A stretch of DNA of 64,000 nucleotides from an uncultured Clostridia bacterium (GTDB lineage Bacteria > Bacillota > Clostridia > TANB77 > CAG-508). Where the stretch lies: the NCBI GenBank assembly GCA_947626605.1, contig CANQSV010000004.1, positions 28,429 through 92,428 of the forward strand. Reading direction: 5' to 3'. Positions 58,543 through 64,000 of this stretch are shown in pieces; the first letter of the stretch is position 1; each line of letters opens with the position of its first letter. The notes under the pieces were generated by a model. That model was not told the DNA's origin. It saw only the letters and a list, made by a program, of their open reading frames with translations, and made no database searches. The translations under genes and the position numbers were made by a program.

Positions 58543-60603
58543 ATGGATCAATATAGTTTAGTAGAATTAGTAAGTGATAAGAGTTTTTATGAAATAGAAG
58601 AATTCTTAAAAGAAAAAAATGATGAGATTGTTAAGATAGAAGAAAAAATAGGCTTATCAAGAAGCGTTATTATAAAAAATGAATTAATGAAAGCACTTGT
58701 AGATTTATTATATTCCAAAAGAATAGATGAACTGAATGAGGCTTTAGAAAGTGATTTGATAAAAGAACTAGATAACTATATGAAAAAATTTAGAAAAACT
58801 AGTTATGCTCAATCTATAATTAGAGAAAGAATAGATGATTTAAGTAATGATCCAGACTTATTAAATATAATTAATAATGTTAATATTGATAATAAATTAA
58901 AAGCAGATATAATTTTATGGAATAGATATATTAGTATAGAACAAAAACGAGATTTTTTTATACATAATATAGAGATTACGCAAGAAGCAATTTTAACAAT
59001 AGAACATTTTTTAGGCTCAAAAGAAACTGCTACAATACTTATACAAATAAAAGACAAACAGTTTATGAAAAAATGTTTAGAAAACGAAAATCTTATTTTA
59101 GATTCATATGCAATTGCTAGTATATTAGAAGAAATAAATGATATTGAATATATAAAACAGTATATAATTGAACATGGAAATAGCCTTGATAGTTTTAAGA
59201 AATCCGAGCTGATATCTTTTATAGGAGACATTGATTATACTTTAGAATGTATTGAAAATCCAGAAATTAAATTATCTGAACATTCTCAATTTATATTATT
59301 AAAGCAATTTAATGATAATGAAAAAACTAGAAAGTTTTTAAAAAATAATAAATCTTTAGAAGAAATAACAAGGCTAAGTGTGATACTAAGTAGTAATGAT
59401 ATAGATTATATAAAAGAAAGTTTAGAACAAGAAGAGTTTGAAAATTTAAATTCGGTTCAAGCATTGAAATTTGCTACAGGAGACACTAAGTATTTTGAAG
59501 AAAAAGGAAAGAAAAAGAGATTAACTATTCCAAAAGGCTTAGATTTTGGAATAGAAATTGAAAGTGGAGGTAATGATTTTTTTGCAATAATATCTCCAAG
59601 AGTAAATAATCGTATAAATAATTGGGAATTAGCACTAGATGGAAGTGGAACAGAACTAAGTTCACCAATTTTAACTAATAATGAAATAAGTGTAAATGAA
59701 ATATATCGAACATGTAATTTTTTGGCAGAAATGGGACAAAATACAACAGAAGAGGATGGAGGACATATTCATTTTAGTGCTAAATATTTAAAAGATAGAA
59801 ATGCATATATTAACTTATTAGAGTTATATGGAAATACAGAAAAATTGCTGTACTTAATTAGTAATGAGGAAAATCAGATTCCAAGATTAGGAATAAGGGG
59901 TAATGCAGGTCCATTATCAAAATGTATACAGAAACAATATAACGAGACGCAGAATTTATCAAGTGAAGAGATAAAAAAATTAAGGAGTTTAGATGATAAA
60001 ACATTTATAAAAGAATTAAAAAATATACAACAAGGAGATAGAGAATTTGGAATTAATCTTGATAATTTGGAGGATGATTCTGGAATAAAACAAATTAATA
60101 CTATTGAATTTAGAATGCCAAATGGAACAATTAAGCCAGATGTATGGATTGAAAACATTAATCTGTTTGGAGGGATACTTAAAGCATCAAAAGAATTATC
60201 AGAGATTCAAAGTAAGAAAACAGAAGAATTAACTGAAGCAGATAAGAATAAATTAAAATTATTTGAAATGATAAAAACAGAAGGAGTAGATGACAAAACA
60301 AAATTGCAATACCTTTTAGAGTTAGCAATAAATGAAGAAGATAGAGAAATATATATGAAAAGGTATTTTATTAACGAGAAAATATTTATAGAAGAAAATA
60401 AAAGATTGTATGAAGCTTTAGAGAATCGAGTAGCACAAACACCTTTAAGGTTAGATTTGTGGAGACCTACAACTTATAAAATTGGTGAATATTGTTATAC
60501 AAGTAAAAATCCTTTTAATGAACCAGTAAGTGGAGAAGGAATAGAGACAGCAGAATCGAGATTGAATAGCGATTTGGACAAGACACAATCAAAAACAAAA
60601 TAA
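58543..60603 (+). CDS. Two-domain protein: N-terminal helical repeat region plus a C-terminal amidoligase (GS/GCS-like COOH-NH2 ligase, PF12224-type) domain
   Basis: Residues about 350-540 carry FGIEIESGG, LDGSGTELSSPIL, GGHIHFS and TIEFRMPNGT, matching the amidoligase_2 pattern hGhEhE / DgS..E.vSP / GhHVH / EfR (recalled from memory). ATG at 58543 with an AAGGAG RBS. Confidence 0.5.
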   Translation: MDQYSLVELVSDKSFYEIEEFLKEKNDEIVKIEEKIGLSRSVIIKNELMKALVDLLYSKRIDELNEALESDLIKELDNYMKKFRKTSYAQSIIRERIDDLSNDPDLLNIINNVNIDNKLKADIILWNRYISIEQKRDFFIHNIEITQEAILTIEHFLGSKETATILIQIKDKQFMKKCLENENLILDSYAIASILEEINDIEYIKQYIIEHGNSLDSFKKSELISFIGDIDYTLECIENPEIKLSEHSQFILLKQFNDNEKTRKFLKNNKSLEEITRLSVILSSNDIDYIKESLEQEEFENLNSVQALKFATGDTKYFEEKGKKKRLTIPKGLDFGIEIESGGNDFFAIISPRVNNRINNWELALDGSGTELSSPILTNNEISVNEIYRTCNFLAEMGQNTTEEDGGHIHFSAKYLKDRNAYINLLELYGNTEKLLYLISNEENQIPRLGIRGNAGPLSKCIQKQYNETQNLSSEEIKKLRSLDDKTFIKELKNIQQGDREFGINLDNLEDDSGIKQINTIEFRMPNGTIKPDVWIENINLFGGILKASKELSEIQSKKTEELTEADKNKLKLFEMIKTEGVDDKTKLQYLLELAINEEDREIYMKRYFINEKIFIEENKRLYEALENRVAQTPLRLDLWRPTTYKIGEYCYTSKNPFNEPVSGEGIETAESRLNSDLDKTQSKTK

Positions 60604-60653
60604 TGATAGAGAGAATTCTTAAGATAATACATTTAAAAGAGAGGAGTTTTTGA

Positions 60654-61091
60654 ATGGAAGATTATTATCCTAGGGCTTATAGAGAAGTATATGAAATAAT
60701 TAAATATTTACCTAAACAAGATTTTGATAAAATACCAAGTGAAATGATAAATATGTTAGAAGTTAATATGGACAAAAATTATAAATATGATTTAGATAAA
60801 ACAAAACCTTTTGAAGAGCAAATTATGCTAAAAGAAACGAGAAACATTTTAGCAGTTTTTTATAAAAATTATTGGGCTAGTGAACAAGAAAAAGAGAGAA
60901 TACAAAGAAAGATAAGAAATGATAAAGAAGTATATGAAAAAGCTAAAAAAGAAAAATACAGCTCTGAAATTATTTTTAATCATAATGAAAAAAATAAAAT
61001 GGAACCAGTAAGTTTAGTTGAAACTAAAAAAGAAACTTTGTATTCAAAAATTTTTTCTGTTATTAAAAATCTAATTAAAAGAAAAAAATAA
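60654..61091 (+). CDS. Hypothetical Lys/Glu-rich protein (145 aa)
   Basis: Good RBS GAGGAG. No motif recognised. Confidence 0.3.
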   Translation: MEDYYPRAYREVYEIIKYLPKQDFDKIPSEMINMLEVNMDKNYKYDLDKTKPFEEQIMLKETRNILAVFYKNYWASEQEKERIQRKIRNDKEVYEKAKKEKYSSEIIFNHNEKNKMEPVSLVETKKETLYSKIFSVIKNLIKRKK

Positions 61092-61125
61092 AAAAGTGTG
61101 AAAAAAGAGGAAAAAAGTGCAAAAA

Positions 61126-61154
61126 AATTTGTTTGACTATTATTTGGATAAGGA
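61126..61154 (+). promoter_or_regulatory. Consensus sigma-A promoter (TTGACT, 17 nt, TATAAT) preceded by phased A-tracts
   Basis: Read from the sequence. Lies 40 nt upstream of the GT2 gene start. Confidence 0.45.
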
Positions 61155-61192
61155 GTATAATTATAAAGTTATTAGTTAATGGAGGGAAAGTC

Positions 61193-62296
61193 ATGTATAA
61201 AGTATCAGTAATTATACCCGTATATAATTCAGAACAATATTTAAGACAGTTGTTAGAAACAATTATTAATCAAACTTTTGACTTTAAGCAAATACAAGTT
61301 ATAATGGTAGATGATTTATCACAAGATAATTCAAGAGAGATAATGAAAGAATATTCTGATAAATATAGCAATTTTACAAGTATATTTTTGCCAGAAAATA
61401 ATAAAGTGGCTGGAATTGCAAGAAACGAAGGAATGAAAGTGGCAGAAGGTAAATATTTAATGTTTGCTGATGCAGATGACTTTTATCCAGAAAATGCCTT
61501 TGAAATATTATATAACTCTATAGAAGAAAAAGAGGCTGATTTTATAACAGCAAATTATATAAATGCAGATTATGATGGAACAGTATGGGATAATCCAATA
61601 TTTGATACTAAGAAATACAAAGATTTTAAATTAGATATTACAGATTATACTAAATCTTTTTTTGTATTAAATTCATCAGCTTGTAACAAAATATTTAGAA
61701 AATCTTTTGTAGATGAACATGGAATAAAGTTTTTAGAAAGAGTCCCAGCAGAAGATGCTTTTTTTACAACTTCTTGTTTCATGAAATCAAATAAAGTATA
61801 TTATGTAAGCAAAGTAGTATATTGCTATAGACAAAGAAATCAAGGAAACAAAAAGAGAAAGTCAGTTTCATTTAATTGTTCTAGAGATTATTTTTCTAGA
61901 ATAAATAAAGCATATAAACAAATATATGAGAATTTTAAAAATAATAAGCATTTATCTTTTTATAGATATACGTATGCGAAGAATATGTCATACATGCTAT
62001 ATAAATTTATAGATTCACATGCTCTAACTAATAAACAAAGAACAGACGTATTAAAAGAGATGAGATGGTTTTACGAATTAAGTGAAAGCTTAAAAGTACC
62101 AGCAGCTCAGAAATGTCAAAGAATGATTATAGATAAAATATTAAAAGAAGATTATGAAGAAGCAATAAATTATTGTAATATTGTATCTGATATTAGAGAA
62201 ACTCTTCCAAAAGAAGTAAGAGAAACTATGTCTAGACCAGATGCAAAAATGTATAGTGAAATATCAAAATATGATGATGAGTTCAAAGATAAATAA
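61193..62296 (+). CDS. Family 2 glycosyltransferase with a C-terminal extension
   Basis: VSVIIPVYNSEQYL...DDLSQDNS...FADADD (DxD) is a GT-A fold. ATG at 61193 with a GGAGGG RBS. Confidence 0.75.
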   Translation: MYKVSVIIPVYNSEQYLRQLLETIINQTFDFKQIQVIMVDDLSQDNSREIMKEYSDKYSNFTSIFLPENNKVAGIARNEGMKVAEGKYLMFADADDFYPENAFEILYNSIEEKEADFITANYINADYDGTVWDNPIFDTKKYKDFKLDITDYTKSFFVLNSSACNKIFRKSFVDEHGIKFLERVPAEDAFFTTSCFMKSNKVYYVSKVVYCYRQRNQGNKKRKSVSFNCSRDYFSRINKAYKQIYENFKNNKHLSFYRYTYAKNMSYMLYKFIDSHALTNKQRTDVLKEMRWFYELSESLKVPAAQKCQRMIIDKILKEDYEEAINYCNIVSDIRETLPKEVRETMSRPDAKMYSEISKYDDEFKDK

Positions 62297-62307
62297 TAGG
62301 AGTAGAC

Positions 62308-63156
62308 ATGTTTAAATTAAAATTTGCAAAAATGTATGATAATTCAATATTTGAAAAATATAATATAAATCCAATTGCAGAAGATTATTTTAAAGTTGAA
62401 GATAATATTTTTTGCGTAGCAGATGGAGTTACTAGAGATTCTATATATGGTGAATCAATTCCATATCCCCAAAATAAGCAAGAAGTAGAAGAGTGGATAA
62501 AGGTATATCCAAATCCAAGTGGAGCTTATGAGGCAGCAAAAATATGTGCAGAATCATTTGTAGAAAAGCTTTTGGAATATCACAAAAAAATTGATGAAAA
62601 TGTAATATTAGATGCAATTAGAATTGCTAATAATAAAATAGCCAAAATAAATGAAAATAGAAAAATTGATTATTTGGCAAATGATTTGTTCTGCTGTGTG
62701 GCAGTTGGAGGATGCATAATAGAAAACACTTTATATTGCTTTTCAATTGGAGATTGTCATATTACAGCTTTTGATGAAAATTTTAATATAAAATTTAATA
62801 CAATTAATAATCATAAGCAATTTGAAGATTATTTAGAAATATATAGTAAAGAGAATGAATACGATTGGAATAATCCAAAAGATAGAGTAATGGTTAGGAG
62901 AGATTTTAGAAATAAGCCAGGAAAACTATATAATAATAAAGAAATATCTTTTGGAGTATTATCTGGAGAAAAAGAGGCAGAACATTATATAGATGTATAC
63001 AAAGTAGAGCTAAGCCAAATAAAATATATATGTGCTTATTCTGATGGATGTGAACCTTTTTTTGAAACAAAGGAAATAGCTAAAAAGATAATACTAGAAC
63101 CGGAACAATTAAAAAATGAAGGAAAAGAGAGAACTCTAGTAATTTATGAAAGATAG
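62308..63156 (+). CDS. PP2C-like (PPM family) phosphatase-fold protein
   Basis: FCVADGVTRD (DG motif), CFSIGDCH (GD motif) and YSDGCEPF (terminal DG motif), in PP2C order. Confidence 0.4.
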   Translation: MFKLKFAKMYDNSIFEKYNINPIAEDYFKVEDNIFCVADGVTRDSIYGESIPYPQNKQEVEEWIKVYPNPSGAYEAAKICAESFVEKLLEYHKKIDENVILDAIRIANNKIAKINENRKIDYLANDLFCCVAVGGCIIENTLYCFSIGDCHITAFDENFNIKFNTINNHKQFEDYLEIYSKENEYDWNNPKDRVMVRRDFRNKPGKLYNNKEISFGVLSGEKEAEHYIDVYKVELSQIKYICAYSDGCEPFFETKEIAKKIILEPEQLKNEGKERTLVIYER

Positions 63157-63165
63157 GAGAGAGTA

Positions 63166-63903
63166 ATGGAAAAACCAGTTGTTTTGATAACAGGAGGAAA
63201 TGGTAATATTGCAAAAAGAATTGTAAAAAGATATTTAGATGCTGAATGTATGGTAATAGTAGTTGACATTCATGAAACCCCATCTTTTAAAGAATTTGAA
63301 AAAAATGAAAATTATCAATATTATAAAGTAGATGTTACCAAAATAGAACAGATTCAAGAATTATATAAATTGATAGAAAAAAAATATGGAAAATTAACTC
63401 ATATTATTAGTGCTGCAGGAAGACCATCAAAAACAGAAATAGATGGAGGAATTGAAGGAGTAACAATAGAAGATATTAATCAATGTATGCAGTTAAACTT
63501 GATTGGGCATATATATATAACAAAAATCCTTTTACCATTATTGGAAAAAGAAAGTAGTAAAAATAAAACTATAACACTAATATCTTCAATAAACGCATTA
63601 AAATCATTCAATTTACCAATATATAGTGCAGCAAAATCAGGAATGTATGGTTTTATGTATTCACTTACAAAAGAGCTTGGGAAAAAGCATATCAGAATAA
63701 ATGTTGTTTCTCCAGGAACTGTACCAACTGATGAAGATTTGGAAAAAGACGGAGACTTCTATAATTATCGTTATAAAAGTATGTTAGCATTACATGATTT
63801 TACAAAGCCAGAAGACATTGCAGACGTTTTATTTTCCATAACTCATATTATGAAAGCAGTAACAGGGCAAAACATAGTAGTAGACTCAGGACAAACAGTG
63901 TAG
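63166..63903 (+). CDS. SDR-family oxidoreductase
   Basis: VVLITGGNGNIAKRI (Rossmann TGxxxGIG-like), NAL and YSAAK catalytic motifs; 245 aa. Confidence 0.8.
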   Translation: MEKPVVLITGGNGNIAKRIVKRYLDAECMVIVVDIHETPSFKEFEKNENYQYYKVDVTKIEQIQELYKLIEKKYGKLTHIISAAGRPSKTEIDGGIEGVTIEDINQCMQLNLIGHIYITKILLPLLEKESSKNKTITLISSINALKSFNLPIYSAAKSGMYGFMYSLTKELGKKHIRINVVSPGTVPTDEDLEKDGDFYNYRYKSMLALHDFTKPEDIADVLFSITHIMKAVTGQNIVVDSGQTV

Positions 63904-64000
63904 GAGAACGTTTTTTTATTAATGAATAATGAATGATGAAAAATTAATAATGAATAATTAATGTAAAAAAATTATATATTATTCATTATTAATTATTAAA

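Noticed and set aside
1-64000. tRNA, rRNA or tmRNA genes
   Set aside because: Scanning for T-loop (GTTCGAAT-like) and acceptor-stem GC-rich signatures found nothing convincing. The only GC-rich non-coding blocks are the hairpins and the 10850-11050 region, and neither fits a tRNA cloverleaf.

Overview
This is a low-GC (about 27-30%) chromosomal segment from a Clostridium-type Firmicute. The gene content suggests Clostridium perfringens or a close relative; the signs are sortase B loci and a large M60-like zinc metallopeptidase carrying F5/8 type C domains and a dockerin. Most of the window is housekeeping and sporulation-associated genes. These include metG (3' part), nadD, rpmF, murB, a yvcK-like gene, a glycogen debranching enzyme, holA, gpr, a uridine-kinase-like gene, a U32 peptidase, a YkuD-like L,D-transpeptidase, dapA, rpmE, dinB, recJ, relA, hisS and fabF. 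Interspersed accessory features include: (a) an Rpn/YhgA-like PD-(D/E)XK gene bracketed by about 64-bp direct repeats. (b) A 1.7-kb compositional island of about 40% GC holding a single fused ABC exporter. (c) Two copies of a roughly 72-nt GC-rich palindromic element bracketing a NUDIX / amino-methyltransferase / atypical kinase cassette; one copy is split by a roughly 185-bp insertion and fused onto the end of dinB. (d) A four-gene ABC-FtsX / two-component module. (e) A frameshifted response regulator. (f) A dockerin-bearing M60-like peptidase followed by an (I)PKTG-anchored Ig-like protein and a class B sortase. (g) A cluster combining an amidoligase-domain fusion protein with GT2, PP2C-like and SDR genes. 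(h) A recurring family of GC-rich intergenic hairpins with a conserved tgtagggg flank. I found no tRNA, rRNA or CRISPR array. All calls are from reading the sequence and ORF translations; none is database-verified.
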